Of a stretch of DNA of 64,000 bases, positions 1 through 13,680 are shown one piece after another. A model generated the notes under the pieces. It did no database searches and had not been told where the DNA came from. It saw only the letters and a program-made list of their open reading frames with translations. How positions within the stretch are numbered: position 1 is the first letter of the stretch; each line of letters begins with the position of its first letter. The stretch is from the NCBI GenBank assembly GCA_036508755.1, contig DATCGV010000087.1, forward strand, positions 1,677-65,676, given 5' to 3'. A program made the translations under genes and the position numbers. Origin of the DNA: Candidatus Limnocylindrales bacterium (GTDB lineage: Bacteria; Chloroflexota; Limnocylindria; Limnocylindrales; CSP1-4).

Positions 1-17
1 GCCTTCTTGTGTGCCAT
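1..17 (-). CDS. rpmA: 50S ribosomal protein L27, first 5 codons only (gene runs off the left edge)
   Basis: Reverse complement of nt 1-17 reads ATG GCA CAC AAG AAG GC = MAHKK(G/A), the canonical L27 N-terminus. It lies 5 nt downstream of the rplU stop, and rplU-rpmA is the conserved gene order. Confidence 0.5.
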
Positions 18-22
18 GTCTG

Positions 23-727
23 CTAATCGTCCTTCTTGGTGCTTGAACGCGGGGCGCGTGCTCGGGTCGACTTGGGCTTGTCGGCCGTTGGCTCAGTCGT
101 CTTGGGCGCCGCCTTGGTCGACGAGCGCGTCGGCTTCGTCGCCGGCTTGTCCGCGGCAGCCTGTTTGGCTTCTGCCTTGCTATCGGGCGCCTTGGCCGCC
201 GCAGGCTTGCGCGTGGTCTTGCCCGCTTCCGCCTTGGCTTCGGCGGCGGACTTGGCTTCGGTCGCCTGCTCTTCCTTGGTTGCCGCTTCCGCGGCGAGCT
301 TGGCTGCCAGCGCCTGGTCGGCCGCCGCCTTGCGGTCGGCTTCTGCCTGCGCCTGCACGTGTGCTCGCGCCTGGCTCTTCTGCTCCTTGCCGGCTTCGTC
401 TGCGGCGGACCGGCCGTTGAAGCGGATGTCCGCGACGCGCAGCACGGTCTGCTCCTGGCGGTGACCCTTCTTGGAGCGGTGGCGGGCCTTGGGCCGGTAC
501 TTGAAGACGATCAGCTTCTCGCCGCGATCCTGGCGCAGCACGTCCGCGGTAACGAGCGCGTCAGCGACGGTCGGCGTGCCGATCTGCCGTGCGTCGCCGT
601 CGGCAACGAGCAGCACCCGATCGATGTTGATCGTTGCCCCGGGCGCGACATCAAGCCGCTCCACTGCGAGCTCGGTACCGAGCTCGACACGGTATTGCTT
701 GCCACCGGTCTCGATTACTGCGTACAT
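23..727 (-). CDS. rplU: 50S ribosomal protein L21 with a ~130-aa Ala/Lys/Glu/Pro-rich C-terminal extension
   Basis: ORF begins MYAVIETGGKQYRVELG..., a typical L21 core of about 103 aa. A low-complexity AKE/PT tail then extends it to 234 aa. rpmA follows. Confidence 0.9.
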   Translation of the reverse strand: MYAVIETGGKQYRVELGTELAVERLDVAPGATINIDRVLLVADGDARQIGTPTVADALVTADVLRQDRGEKLIVFKYRPKARHRSKKGHRQEQTVLRVADIRFNGRSAADEAGKEQKSQARAHVQAQAEADRKAAADQALAAKLAAEAATKEEQATEAKSAAEAKAEAGKTTRKPAAAKAPDSKAEAKQAAADKPATKPTRSSTKAAPKTTEPTADKPKSTRARAPRSSTKKDD

Positions 728-999
728 CGTTCTCCGCGGTCGCGTTGCTGGCGTCAGACGTCAGCGCCAGGCATTGTTTCGTTGCTTTTCAGATGAGGTC
801 GCTGCCAGCCGGGACGACGCGAAATGCGGCCGCCGGGCGCGAACAGGGAGAATACCACGAACCCCAGCGTGAGCTGCCCATCGACCCGAGCGGGGCCGCC
901 CAATAGGACGGGTTCCGAGGGGTCAAGGTACATCAAGTGGCTTCCGATGTGGCTGTTCACCCCTGACACTGTGCGTCGCAGCCACGTTAGCCGAGAGAT

Positions 1000-1458
1000 A
1001 TGCCTACCGATCCGCGCAATACCTTCTACAAGCAACTGATGCTCGCCGAGAATGCCGACCGCGAGATCATCAGCACGGTCTACCGAAAGCTCGCCCAGCG
1101 CTACCACCCTGACGTCGACAAGTCGCGCGAGGCGGCGGCCCGGATGGCCGAGATCAACGACGCGTACGCGACGCTGCGCGACCCGGAGAAGCGGCGAAAG
1201 TACGACGCGTGGCTTGCCAGCCGGCGTGACCGGCGCCGGTCGGACAGCCTGATTGTCCGCCCTGGGGACCTCGGCTACGGCGCCGCGGGCACACCCCAGG
1301 GACCGGCGATCGGCAGCGTCGTCGACTTCGGCCGCTACCAGGGCTGGACCCTGAATCAGATCAAGCGTCGCGACCCCGACTATCTCGAGTGGCTCGCGCG
1401 CTCTCCTGCCGGGCGCCGCTACAACTCCGAGATCGGCCTCCTGCTCGAACGTCGCTGA
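1000..1458 (+). CDS. J-domain (DnaJ-like) protein with a DUF3820-like C-terminal segment
   Basis: J-domain signature ...YRKLAQRYHPDVDKS...INDAYATLRDPEKRRKYD (HPD motif). The C-terminus FGRYQGWTLNQI..DPDYLEWL resembles the FGKYKG...YLxW motif. Confidence 0.8.
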   Translation: MPTDPRNTFYKQLMLAENADREIISTVYRKLAQRYHPDVDKSREAAARMAEINDAYATLRDPEKRRKYDAWLASRRDRRRSDSLIVRPGDLGYGAAGTPQGPAIGSVVDFGRYQGWTLNQIKRRDPDYLEWLARSPAGRRYNSEIGLLLERR

Positions 1459-1474
1459 GGCGCTCGCGCCGGGG

Positions 1475-2617
1475 TTAGCCAGGTGCTCTGGAGCGCCTGA
1501 TGTTGATGCTTTGGAGGAGGCCGAGCGCGATCGCGGTGCTCACCAGGGACGCGCCGCCGTGGGTGATGAACGGCAGCGGAATGCCCGTCACGGGCATCAG
1601 CCCGGCGACCATGCCGGCGTTGACCAGCACCTGGAAGATGATCATCGCCGCGGTGCCGCCGGCGAAGGCCACGTCGAACACGCTCTCCGAGCGCCAGCCG
1701 ATGATCAGGACACGCCAGATGAGGCCGATGAAGAGCAGGAAGACGACGATGCCACCGATGAAACCGAGCTCCTCGAGCAGCACGGCGAACGCGAAGTCAG
1801 TCGACTGAACGGGTAACAGCCCCGATGCCGCGCCGGCGGTAAGGCCGCGGCCGAATATCCCGCCCGAGCCCACGGCAATCTGCGCCTGCGCGAGCTGGAA
1901 ACCTGCGCCCTGGGGGTCCGATGACGGATCGAGGAATGACAGCAGGCGCTGCCTCTGGTAGACGAGCAGGAACGACCAGACAACCGGCAGGGCCGCGATG
2001 ACCGAGACAGCCGAGACGATCATCCAGCGCAGGCTCGCACCGCTCAGGAAGAGCGCGCCGAGCATGATCGCGACGAGAACGAGAGCGGTTCCCAGGTCCG
2101 GCTGGATCATGATCAGCACGAATGGCGGCGCGCTAAGCAGGCCGGCTCCGACTAAGGTGGACAGCCGATTGATGCGGTCCTTGCGGCCGGCGAGGAATGC
2201 CGCCAGGACCGCGATCATGAGCACCTTCGAGATCTCAGAGAACTGGAAGGTCAAGCCCGCGACCGACACCCACCGCTGGGCACCGTTGATCTCGACACCA
2301 ATGGCCATCGTGACCAGCAGAAGCCCGATGTTGACGAGATAGATCAGCCACGAGAAGGTGCGCAGCCAGCGATAGTCGAAGGCCGCAGCGAGCGTGAACG
2401 AGACGATCGCGATGGCGAACCACATCAGGCCGCGGGTGAACGTCGAACCGGCTGCGAGTGGGCCGCCGGTGGAGTTGGTCCACGCCATCAGCAGGCCGAT
2501 GATGCCCAGCGCCAGTGCGTAGAACGCGAGCTGGATGTCGAACGAGTGCCAGCTGCCCGATTCGGGGCGCGCGACGTATGAGCTCGATGGCGCGCGCTGA
2601 ATGCGCATTGCGGTCAT
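1475..2617 (-). CDS. rodA: SEDS-family peptidoglycan polymerase RodA
   Basis: 380-aa polytopic membrane ORF of the FtsW/RodA/SpoVE type, immediately downstream of the PBP2 gene. Confidence 0.85.
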   Translation of the reverse strand: MTAMRIQRAPSSSYVARPESGSWHSFDIQLAFYALALGIIGLLMAWTNSTGGPLAAGSTFTRGLMWFAIAIVSFTLAAAFDYRWLRTFSWLIYLVNIGLLLVTMAIGVEINGAQRWVSVAGLTFQFSEISKVLMIAVLAAFLAGRKDRINRLSTLVGAGLLSAPPFVLIMIQPDLGTALVLVAIMLGALFLSGASLRWMIVSAVSVIAALPVVWSFLLVYQRQRLLSFLDPSSDPQGAGFQLAQAQIAVGSGGIFGRGLTAGAASGLLPVQSTDFAFAVLLEELGFIGGIVVFLLFIGLIWRVLIIGWRSESVFDVAFAGGTAAMIIFQVLVNAGMVAGLMPVTGIPLPFITHGGASLVSTAIALGLLQSINIRRSRAPG

Positions 2618-2635
2618 TCGCTCAGACCTCTGCCA

Positions 2636-4540
2636 TCAGTTGCTGTAGTAGCCGTCCGACTGGAGCAGGGCGGGCAGCGTCAGGTCTACGCCCAGGTTGT
2701 AGTGCTCCTGCAGGAAGTATTTGACGATCTCAGTCGCAGCGTTGCCCTTCGTGTTCGCGTTGTAAGCGAAGGCAATGACCGCCAGCTGGGAGTCAGTCTT
2801 GGCAGGATCGCCGGGCTGCTGCGACGTGAAGTTCGGTATGAAGGCCACGAACCAGGTGTGGAAGGGCAGCTGTCCTTGTGCGTTACGGACGCCAAATTCA
2901 GCCGTGCCCGTTTTGCCCGCGATGACGAGCGGCTCGTCGACAAGGTTGAAGGTATGGCGGGTGGTTACGACATCGCGTGCCGCAATGCGCATCGTCTGAA
3001 GCACATCGGACGAGACGCCGACTTGCCGGATGAGCTGCGGTTGGAAGTCCTGGACAACGCTTCCGTCAGGCGCCAGGACGCGGCGCACGATCTGCGGCTG
3101 CCAGAGCGAGCCACCGTTGGCCAGCGCCGCGTAGGCATTGAGCACCTGGAGTGGCGTCGCCGCGTCATAGCCCTGGCCGATGCCGGCCTGGTAAACCTCG
3201 CCCGGGAACACGTCCTGGCCAAATACCTGTTGCTTCCAGTCGTTGGTGGGCACGATGCCGCGCGCCTCAGCAGGTAGGTCGATACCTGTCTGCTGCCCGA
3301 ACCCAAACTGGTTGGCCCAATAGGCCAGGCGGTCGGCGCCAAGGGCGCCGGCGAGCTGGTAGAAAAACGTGTCGCTCGAGTCCGCATAACCCTGGTAGAT
3401 GTCGAGCGGTCCGAAGCCATGGCGGTTCCAATCCCAGTACTTGTATGGCCCGATGGAGAGGTAAGCCGCCGTCGGAATCTGCGTATCTGGTGTGATGACG
3501 CCGTCCATCAGCGCACCCGACCCCGTGACGAGCTTGTACGTCGAGCCGGGCGGGAACTGCTCGCTTATGGCGGCGTTCACGAGCGGCGTGTTCGGGTCGT
3601 TGAGCAGCGCCTGGTAGTCCGTGTTCGAGATGCCCCTGGCGAACAGGTTGTCGTCGAACGAAGGGTTGGCAACCATGGCCAGGATCTCACCGTCCTGCGG
3701 GTTCATGACGATGACCACGCCGCGTTGCAGGTTGACCAGCTGCGTCGCCCAATCGAGGGCCTGCTGCGCCTCTTTTTGGATCTGGACGTCGATCGTCAGC
3801 TCGAGCGAATCGCCTGCTTGCGGTTGCTGGTCGATCGATACCGTGCGCAACACACGACCGGTGGAATCGCGCTCGACCTGCTCGCTTCCGTTGGTACCGC
3901 GGAGCTGGCTCTCGAACGTGTTCTCGACGCCGGACTTGCCGATCTGAGCGTCGGGCAGATACGTGTTGTTCGGCTGGGCCAGGTCGTCGGCCGTGACCGC
4001 ACCGGTGTAGCCGATGACATGCGAGAGCAACGGGCCGTACTCGTACTCGCGGCGCTCCTCGACGGTCACGTCGACTCCCGGCAGGTCGCGACTCTCCTCG
4101 TCGATCAGGTGCGCGACGTCCTCCGGCACATCCGATGCGATGTTGACGTACTCAAAGGCCTGGTCGGCGTTGCGGTCGAGCGCCTGGATGATGTCCGAGC
4201 TGGGCATGTTGAGCAGTGTCGAGAGCTGGCTGACGACAGCGTCGCGGTCGCTGAACGGCAGGTCTCCGGGACGTATGCGGACCACGTATGACGGCACATT
4301 GATCGCGACTGGCCGACCGGCTCGGTCGTAGATCAGTCCCCGGGCAGCCGCGATCGGCTGGTTGGTGCTGGCCTGGTCGTCGGCCAGACCGGCGTAGTAG
4401 CCGCCACTGACGACCTGCATGTAGAACAGCCGCGTGGTCAGCAGCCCGACTACGAGGACGATGATCAGTCCGAAGACAGCGAAGCGGGCGCCAAGTCGGG
4501 TCCGCGGTGGTTCGGGCTGGCCCAGGAGGTAGTCGCTCAC
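2636..4540 (-). CDS. mrdA: Penicillin-binding protein 2 (elongation transpeptidase)
   Basis: N-terminal TM anchor. Transpeptidase motifs STYK (SxxK) and KTGTAE (KTG). Located between mreD and rodA. Confidence 0.9.
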   Translation of the reverse strand: MSDYLLGQPEPPRTRLGARFAVFGLIIVLVVGLLTTRLFYMQVVSGGYYAGLADDQASTNQPIAAARGLIYDRAGRPVAINVPSYVVRIRPGDLPFSDRDAVVSQLSTLLNMPSSDIIQALDRNADQAFEYVNIASDVPEDVAHLIDEESRDLPGVDVTVEERREYEYGPLLSHVIGYTGAVTADDLAQPNNTYLPDAQIGKSGVENTFESQLRGTNGSEQVERDSTGRVLRTVSIDQQPQAGDSLELTIDVQIQKEAQQALDWATQLVNLQRGVVIVMNPQDGEILAMVANPSFDDNLFARGISNTDYQALLNDPNTPLVNAAISEQFPPGSTYKLVTGSGALMDGVITPDTQIPTAAYLSIGPYKYWDWNRHGFGPLDIYQGYADSSDTFFYQLAGALGADRLAYWANQFGFGQQTGIDLPAEARGIVPTNDWKQQVFGQDVFPGEVYQAGIGQGYDAATPLQVLNAYAALANGGSLWQPQIVRRVLAPDGSVVQDFQPQLIRQVGVSSDVLQTMRIAARDVVTTRHTFNLVDEPLVIAGKTGTAEFGVRNAQGQLPFHTWFVAFIPNFTSQQPGDPAKTDSQLAVIAFAYNANTKGNAATEIVKYFLQEHYNLGVDLTLPALLQSDGYYSN

Positions 4541-4553
4541 TGTCTGTTACCCG

Positions 4554-5054
4554 CTACCAATCCGCTCGCTCGGTGGTGCCGAAACGCTGTTCGATCGCGC
4601 CGAACAGCGTGGCGATGACAAAGGCGAGAACACCATTCATGAAGGCGGCCACGAGCATGGCCGTCAGATCGAACGCAAGCGGAGCACCCTCCGTCAGTAC
4701 GAGAACGAGGCTTAGAGCAACGTGAAGGACGGGTGTCAGCACGACCGTCAGAGCCACGGCCAGCCAACGACGGCTCGGGCCGGCCACGCGGGCCACGGCC
4801 GCCGCGATCCCCAAGACGAGGAGCAGTGAAAGGGTGCCTGCGCCGAGCGGCCGCTCAGGTATCAGCATGTCGGTCAGGAGTCCTCCGGCGAAAGCGGCCA
4901 CCAGGCCGTCTTCGATGCCCAGCATCAGCGTCGCGGTGACCGAGACGACGAGGACGAGGTCAGCCGTCGCACCAGCGATGGGGATCTCAGGCAGGACGGT
5001 GGTCTCGATCAGCGCCGCAAGGAGGGCCATAAGGGCCGCGAAGGGAATGGTCAA
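4554..5054 (-). CDS. mreD: Rod shape-determining protein MreD (start uncertain; TTG at 5054 preferred, ATG at 5030 possible)
   Basis: Small polytopic membrane protein with the MreD-like core ADLVLVVSVTATLMLGIEDGLVAAFAGGLLTDML, directly upstream of mrdA. The TTG at 5054 is preceded by GGAG at 6-nt spacing. The longer ORF to 5180 has an Arg-rich, non-protein-like N-terminus. Confidence 0.55.
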   Translation of the reverse strand: MTIPFAALMALLAALIETTVLPEIPIAGATADLVLVVSVTATLMLGIEDGLVAAFAGGLLTDMLIPERPLGAGTLSLLLVLGIAAAVARVAGPSRRWLAVALTVVLTPVLHVALSLVLVLTEGAPLAFDLTAMLVAAFMNGVLAFVIATLFGAIEQRFGTTERADW

Positions 5055-5185
5055 GCAGGACTCCGAAATGACGAGCTCGCGACCCCGCCGCCGCACAAGC
5101 CGCGCTCGGGGAGTATAGGCCCGGGTCCCGGTCCGACCTTTGCTGACAGCGGGCCGTGCACAGGCTGTGGACCATCCCACGTCTG

Positions 5186-5201
5186 CGTTTCACGTGGAAC
5201 A
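5186..5201. promoter_or_regulatory. parS: parS centromere-like site (14/16 match to TGTTTCACGTGAAACA)
   Basis: CGTTTCACGTGGAACA lies in the mreD/parA intergenic region, about 130 bp upstream of parA. Confidence 0.6.
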
Positions 5202-5333
5202 TCCGCAAGTCGTCGATAAGCGGGAAGTAATCGCTCAGCGCGAGAATCGCGCTCATAGGCCGCCAGTAACGGCCGGAATAGGCCCAGTCCGATAGAATCA
5301 AGGCTCGTGGATGCGTACCCCTTTGGCAGTTGA

Positions 5334-6139
5334 GTGGGCGACGTCATCGCTTGCGCGAACCAAAAGGGCGGCGTCGGCAAAACCACCACTGTCATTAACC
5401 TCGCGACCTACCTCGCGCTCCTTGGGCGCCGGGTGCTCGTTATTGACCTCGATCCGCAGGGCAACGCGACCAGCGGCCTTGGTTTTGATCGTGCAACGGC
5501 GCAAACGTCGGTATATCCAGCATTGGTCGAGGGAGTTTCAGCTCGCGCCCTCGTTCAACCGACGCAGGTCGATGGCCTGTGGCTGATCCCGTCCGGCCGC
5601 GACCTCGCCGGCGCCGAGGTGGAGCTGGTCCAAATGGCCGACCGCGAACGCAAGCTTCGTGATGCCCTCGACGACCTCCGAGCGTCGTTCGACTTCGTGC
5701 TCCTCGACTGCCCGCCCGCCGTGGGATTGCTCACGGTGAACGCCCTTACCGCAGCCGACGCGGTGCTCGTTCCGATCCAATGTGAGTACTACGCACTGGA
5801 GGGACTGAGCCAGTTGCTGTCGACGATCGACATGGTTCGCGACAACCTCAATCCACGCCTGCGCCTGGCGGGTGTGCTGCTGACGATGTTCGACGCGCGC
5901 ACGACCCTGTCGGCGGACGTCGCGAGCGAGGTCCGTCGACACCTCGGCCAGAGCGTCTTCCGGACTGTCGTGCCACGCAGCGTCCGCTTGGCGGAAGCGC
6001 CCAGCTACGGACGTCCGATAGCCCGCTACAGCCCTGAATCGCGCGGCGCGCATGCCTACCGAGCGTTGGCCGACGAGGTGCTCGAGCGTGAGGCCGGCGC
6101 GCCGCTCCACGTCCAGATCCAGCACGCGGCGATAAGCGC

Positions 6140-6143
<4 letters not shown>
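5334..6143 (+). CDS. parA: Chromosome partitioning ATPase ParA/Soj
   Basis: GTG start. Deviant Walker A motif NQKGGVGKTTT. ATGA overlap with parB. Confidence 0.92.
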
Positions 6144-8973
<2,830 letters not shown>

Positions 8974-8984
8974 GGCGCGCCGCC

Positions 8985-9998
8985 TTGCCCTCTGACGTTA
9001 CTGTCCGCGCGCAGGTGTTCGTCGTCGAGCGCCTCTCGCAAGCGCGCGGCGTGGGCGAGACGCTGGCCGAGCTGATCGACTATCCGGAGGAGTTCGTCAG
9101 CGCGCTGCGCGACGGCCTGAGCCAGCTCGCCGATCCCGTGTACGCAGCCGAGCAGGAGCGCGTGGCGCCCGGCTCGGGCGTCGTATTCGGCGTCCGGGCG
9201 CCGCTTCTTTCGGCCGTCATGCGCCAGCTACGTGCGTCGCTGCGCGCGACATCGCCGGCGCTCGCGCTCAACCTCGCGGAGCGCCTTGCGGTCGAGGATG
9301 AGCGCGAATTCGTCTTCTTTGCCCACCAGGCGCTGGAACGAGTCCTGCCCGCGGATCCGGAACGCGCCTGGCAGCTGATGCGCCGGCTGGGCCGCGCGGC
9401 GACGGACTGGATCTCGGTCGACTCGCTCGCCCACCTCTACGCGCAGGGCATCCTGCTCGAGCATGTTCGCTGGGCAGAGATCGAGCAGCTCGTTTTCTCC
9501 GCTAGCGAGTGGGAGCGCCGGCTGGTCGGTTCCACGATCGCGACGATCCCGTTCGAGCTGCCGCGTCAGCGGCGCGGCCAGCTGCTCGACTCGCCGGCCC
9601 TGGCAATGGTCAGGACGCTCATCGGCGATGCTTCGCAGATGGTGCGCAAGAGCCTGTCCTGGGCGCTCCGATCATGGCGCGAGGTCGATCCGCGCGGCGT
9701 CGACGAGCTGCTGCGCAGCGAGGCGCGCCGCGCGGCAGCCACGAACGATGGCAACCGGGCGTGGGTCATTCGCGACGCGGTCAAGGAACAGCGCGTGGCC
9801 GCTCCGGCGCCGCTCGTGGTCGAGCTGCGCGACGCGCTCGCCGGCGTGCGCCGTCGCGCCGGCGGGGCGTCAACGAGCGAGGCGGCACAGATCGCCCGTG
9901 GTTTCCTCGGCCTCGATGGCCTGGCCGACCGCGCGATCGAGCAACAGGGCGAGCGCCAGCGCTACTTCGGGGCGCGCTTCGGCGCGGTCAGCAGATAG
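8985..9998 (+). CDS. HEAT-repeat protein of the DNA alkylation repair (AlkC/AlkD-like) family
   Basis: TTG start. Helical repeat protein with EWERRLVGSTIA and VRKSLSWALRSWREVDP, which resemble the W-x-RR and GWaLRe motifs of the DNA_alkylation family. Confidence 0.5.
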   Translation: MPSDVTVRAQVFVVERLSQARGVGETLAELIDYPEEFVSALRDGLSQLADPVYAAEQERVAPGSGVVFGVRAPLLSAVMRQLRASLRATSPALALNLAERLAVEDEREFVFFAHQALERVLPADPERAWQLMRRLGRAATDWISVDSLAHLYAQGILLEHVRWAEIEQLVFSASEWERRLVGSTIATIPFELPRQRRGQLLDSPALAMVRTLIGDASQMVRKSLSWALRSWREVDPRGVDELLRSEARRAAATNDGNRAWVIRDAVKEQRVAAPAPLVVELRDALAGVRRRAGGASTSEAAQIARGFLGLDGLADRAIEQQGERQRYFGARFGAVSR

Positions 9999-10012
9999 CA
10001 CGGTAGGGATCG

Positions 10013-12574
10013 ATGACTGAAGAGGGCGGCCGCGTAATACCCATCCGCATCGAGGATGAGCTGAGGACCAGCTACCTCGACTACGCGATGAGCGTCATCG
10101 TCAGCCGTGCCCTGCCCGACGTCCGTGACGGCCTGAAGCCCGTTCATCGGCGAATCCTGTACGCGATGCACGAGATGGGGCTGACCTCGACGGCGAGCTA
10201 TCGCAAGTGCGCGGCGATCGTCGGCGACGTCATGGGCAAGTACCACCCGCACGGCGACGTCGCGCTCTATGACGCCCTGGTCCGATTAGCACAGCTGTTC
10301 TCTTTGCGCTACCCCTTGATCGACGGCCAGGGCAACTTCGGCTCCGTCGACGGCGACCCGCCCGCGGCCATGAGGTACACGGAAGCGCGCATGACGGCGA
10401 TCGCGGCCGAGGTGCTCGCGGACATCGATAAGCAGACCGTCGACTTCGTCGAGAACTACGACGGCACGCGCATGATGCCGCAGGTCCTGCCTGCGAAGCT
10501 GCCCAACCTGCTGGTCAACGGCTCGTCCGGCATCGCCGTGGGCATGGCGACCAACATTCCGCCGCACAACCTGGCCGAGGTGACCGAAGCCACGATCGCA
10601 CTGATCGAGAACTCGTCGCTGACCAACGACGAGCTGTGCAACATCGTCACGGGGCCTGACTTCCCGACGGGCGGCACGATCTTCCGCTTCGAAGAGCGGC
10701 GCAATTCGATGACGGGCCAACAGGAGCGCATCGACGCCATCCGCGAGATGTACGCCCACGGCCGCGGCCGGATCGTGATGCAAGCCGTGGTCTCCTTCGA
10801 GGAGACGCGCCAGCAGCGAACGGCGATCGTCGTTACCGAGCTGCCCTTCCAGGTCAACAAGGCCAGCCTGGCCGAGAAGATCGCCGACCTCGTCCAGCAG
10901 AAGAAGATCGAGGGCATCGCCGACATCCGCGACGAGTCGGATCGCGACGGAATGCGCCTGGTCATCGAATGCAAGCGCGACGCCGCGCCGCGCAAGGTGC
11001 TCAACAACCTCTTCAAGCACACCCCGTTGAAGCTCGCTTTCAACATGAACATGCTTGCGCTGGTCGACGGCCAGCCGCAGACGCTGACCCTCAAGCAGGT
11101 CATCCAGCACCACATCGACTGGCGGCGCGAGGTCGTCCGGCGTCGGACCGAGTTCGACCTGGGCAAGGCGCGTGACCGGGCGCACATCCTCGAGGGACTC
11201 AAGATCGCGCTCGACAACCTCGACGCGGTCATCCGCACCATCCGTGAGAGCGCCGACGTCGACACGGCGCGCACCAACCTGATGACGCGCTTCGAGCTGA
11301 CCGAGATCCAGGCCAACGCCATCCTCGAGATGCAGCTGCGCCGCCTGGCGGCGCTCGAGCGGAAGAAGATCGAGGACGAGTACCTGGCCACGATCAAGCT
11401 CATCGCCGAGCTCGAGGACATCCTGGGCAACCCGGCACGCGTCTTGGCGATCATCAAGGACGAGCTGCGCGAGATCTCGACCAAGTATTCCGGCGCACGC
11501 TTGACGAGGGTCGAGGGAGATTCCGACCGAGAGCTGACCGATGAGGACCTGATCGCCGACGAGGACGTCGTGGTCACCGTCTCGACCCGTGGCTACATCA
11601 AGCGCCAGCCGCTGGCAACTTACCGGCGCCAGATCCGCGGCGGCAAGGGCATCATCGGCGCGCGGACGGTGGAAGAGGACGCGGTCGAGCATCTGCTCGT
11701 TGCGGGAACGCACGACTGGGCACTCTTCTTCACCAACCGCGGCCGCGTCTTCAGCTCCAAGGTCCACGCCACCCCGGCCCCGACCGAGCGGACGAGCAAG
11801 GGCATACCGGTCATCAATCTCGAGGGCGTGCAGCTCGATCCGGGCGAGCTGGTGCTGGCCATCTTGACCGTGCCCAACTTCGAAAAGGGCCACAACATGG
11901 TCATGGCTACGCGCCAGGGGATCATCAAGAAGACGCCCATCGAGCAATTCGAACGCGTCCGCTCGACCGGCATCCGCGCGATCACCGTCGCCGAGACCGA
12001 CGAGCTTGCCTGGGCGGCCGTGTCGTCGGGCACTGACGACGTGGTCCTGGCCACGGCCCAGGGCCGCATCGCGCGCTTCAACGAGACGGAGGTCAGGCCC
12101 ATGGGCCGCGACGCTGCCGGGGTGATCGGCATCCGCCTGGCCAACAAGGCCGACCAGGTCGTGGGCATGCGCATCCTCCAGCCGACCAACGACATCCTCG
12201 TCCTGACCGAGACCGGCTACGGCAAGCGCGTGGCGCTGTCGGAGTTCCGGCGCATGCATCGCGGCAGCCAGGGAGTCCGGCTCATCTCGCTCGAGGGCTC
12301 GAAGACCGGGCGCGTGGCCGCGGTCGAGCTCGTCGACGAGCAGGACGAGGAGCTGCTCCTGATCAGCAAGAGCGGCCAGGTCGTGCGCACTGACGTCAAG
12401 AGCGTCAACCGCTACGGCTCGTCGGCGCGTGGCGTGATCGTGATGCGCCTGAACGACGGCGACGAGGTAGCTGGGATCGCCGTATTCCGTGCCGAGAATC
12501 GGGGCGATAACAAGGTGACAGATGACGACTCCATGCCCGACAATGACGACCCGTCGGGAGAGCCATCGTCGTGA
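10013..12574 (+). CDS. gyrA: DNA gyrase subunit A
   Basis: 853 aa. Active-site region [11 protein letters not shown], with a C-terminal beta-pinwheel repeat region. Confidence 0.97.
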   Translation: MTEEGGRVIPIRIEDELRTSYLDYAMSVIVSRALPDVRDGLKPVHRRILYAMHEMGLTSTASYRKCAAIVGDVMGKYHPHGDVALYDALVRLAQLFSLRYPLIDGQGNFGSVDGDPPAAMRYTEARMTAIAAEVLADIDKQTVDFVENYDGTRMMPQVLPAKLPNLLVNGSSGIAVGMATNIPPHNLAEVTEATIALIENSSLTNDELCNIVTGPDFPTGGTIFRFEERRNSMTGQQERIDAIREMYAHGRGRIVMQAVVSFEETRQQRTAIVVTELPFQVNKASLAEKIADLVQQKKIEGIADIRDESDRDGMRLVIECKRDAAPRKVLNNLFKHTPLKLAFNMNMLALVDGQPQTLTLKQVIQHHIDWRREVVRRRTEFDLGKARDRAHILEGLKIALDNLDAVIRTIRESADVDTARTNLMTRFELTEIQANAILEMQLRRLAALERKKIEDEYLATIKLIAELEDILGNPARVLAIIKDELREISTKYSGARLTRVEGDSDRELTDEDLIADEDVVVTVSTRGYIKRQPLATYRRQIRGGKGIIGARTVEEDAVEHLLVAGTHDWALFFTNRGRVFSSKVHATPAPTERTSKGIPVINLEGVQLDPGELVLAILTVPNFEKGHNMVMATRQGIIKKTPIEQFERVRSTGIRAITVAETDELAWAAVSSGTDDVVLATAQGRIARFNETEVRPMGRDAAGVIGIRLANKADQVVGMRILQPTNDILVLTETGYGKRVALSEFRRMHRGSQGVRLISLEGSKTGRVAAVELVDEQDEELLLISKSGQVVRTDVKSVNRYGSSARGVIVMRLNDGDEVAGIAVFRAENRGDNKVTDDDSMPDNDDPSGEPSS

Positions 12575-13680
12575 CCGCTTTCGGCAGCCGTGCCCTGAAC
12601 CCGTACAGCGACCAGTTCGACCTGTATACGGGCAATGCCAATCCGCAGCTCGCGCGCAAGATCGCGCGCTACCTCGGCCGTGAGCTGGGCAATGTCGAGG
12701 TGTTCGAGTTCGCCAACGAGAACATCTTCGTAAAGATCGAGGACAACGCGCGCGATCGCGACGTGTTCCTGATCCAGCCCACGAATCGGCCCGTTCAGAA
12801 GTCGATCATGGAGCTACTGATCATGATCGACGCGTTCAAGCGCGCCAGCGCCGGCCGGATCACCGCGGTCATCCCGTACTACGCCTACGGCCGCTCGGAC
12901 AAGAAGGACCAGCCGCGCGTGCCGATCACCGCCCGCTTGGTTGCGGACATGATCAGCGTCGCCGGCGCGGATCGGCTGCTGACGATGGACCTTCACCAGG
13001 GCCAGATCCAGGGCTTTTTCAACATCCCGGTCGACGAGCTGACGGCCGTCCACATGCTCTCGAATTACTTCAAGCGACTCGAGCTGGACGACCTTGTGGT
13101 GGTCACGGACCTTGGCTTCGCCAAGCGTGCGCGGACCTTCGCGGAGATCCTCGAGGCGCCGTTGGCCGTGATCGAGAAGCGCCGCCAGGGCAATCGCGAC
13201 CTGGCCGAGGTGCTCAACGTCATCGGCGAGGTGCGCGGCAAGCGCGCGATCATCGTCGACGACGAGATCGACACGGCGAGCACCCTGATGGAGATCGAGC
13301 GCGCCCTGATCAGAGAAGGGGTGACCGAGATCTACGCCTGCGCGACGCACGGCGTGCTCTCCGACCCGGCGATCGACCGCCTGCGCAAGTCGGAAATCAC
13401 GGAGGTCGTGATCACCGACACCATCCCGCTGCCGCCGGCCAAGCACCTGCCGCGCATCAGGGTGCTGTCGGTCGCACCGCTGATCGGCGAGGCCATCCGG
13501 CGCATCCACCTCGGCGAGTCAGTCGGCGCGCTCTTCTCGAGCGACCTGCAGCTCGTCCAGGAGATGCTCCTCTGGGACGAGGAGGCGGCGCGCGACGACG
13601 AGGCGGATGATGGCCACCACCCAAAAGCGGAGACGACGACGACGCGCCAGGATGAGCGGGAAGTGAGCGCCCACCGATGA
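12571..13680 (+). CDS. prs: Ribose-phosphate pyrophosphokinase with an acidic/Thr-rich C-terminal extension
   Basis: Typical Prs sequence ([15 protein letters not shown]..., [23 protein letters not shown]). GTGA overlap with the gyrA stop. Confidence 0.93.
   Translation: MTAFGSRALNPYSDQFDLYTGNANPQLARKIARYLGRELGNVEVFEFANENIFVKIEDNARDRDVFLIQPTNRPVQKSIMELLIMIDAFKRASAGRITAVIPYYAYGRSDKKDQPRVPITARLVADMISVAGADRLLTMDLHQGQIQGFFNIPVDELTAVHMLSNYFKRLELDDLVVVTDLGFAKRARTFAEILEAPLAVIEKRRQGNRDLAEVLNVIGEVRGKRAIIVDDEIDTASTLMEIERALIREGVTEIYACATHGVLSDPAIDRLRKSEITEVVITDTIPLPPAKHLPRIRVLSVAPLIGEAIRRIHLGESVGALFSSDLQLVQEMLLWDEEAARDDEADDGHHPKAETTTTRQDEREVSAHR

Noticed and set aside
10286-12259. Very long antisense ORFs opposite essential genes: 657 aa opposite gyrA; also 14046-15794 opposite secA, 32377-33732 opposite dnaA, 6967-8064 opposite gyrB, 46392-48044 opposite the giant GT-C gene, and 16478-17920 opposite the phosphatases.
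   Set aside because: These are typical shadow ORFs of a high-GC genome. Their translations are Arg/Ala/Gly/Asp-rich with no recognisable motifs, while the opposite strand encodes unmistakable conserved proteins over the same codons.
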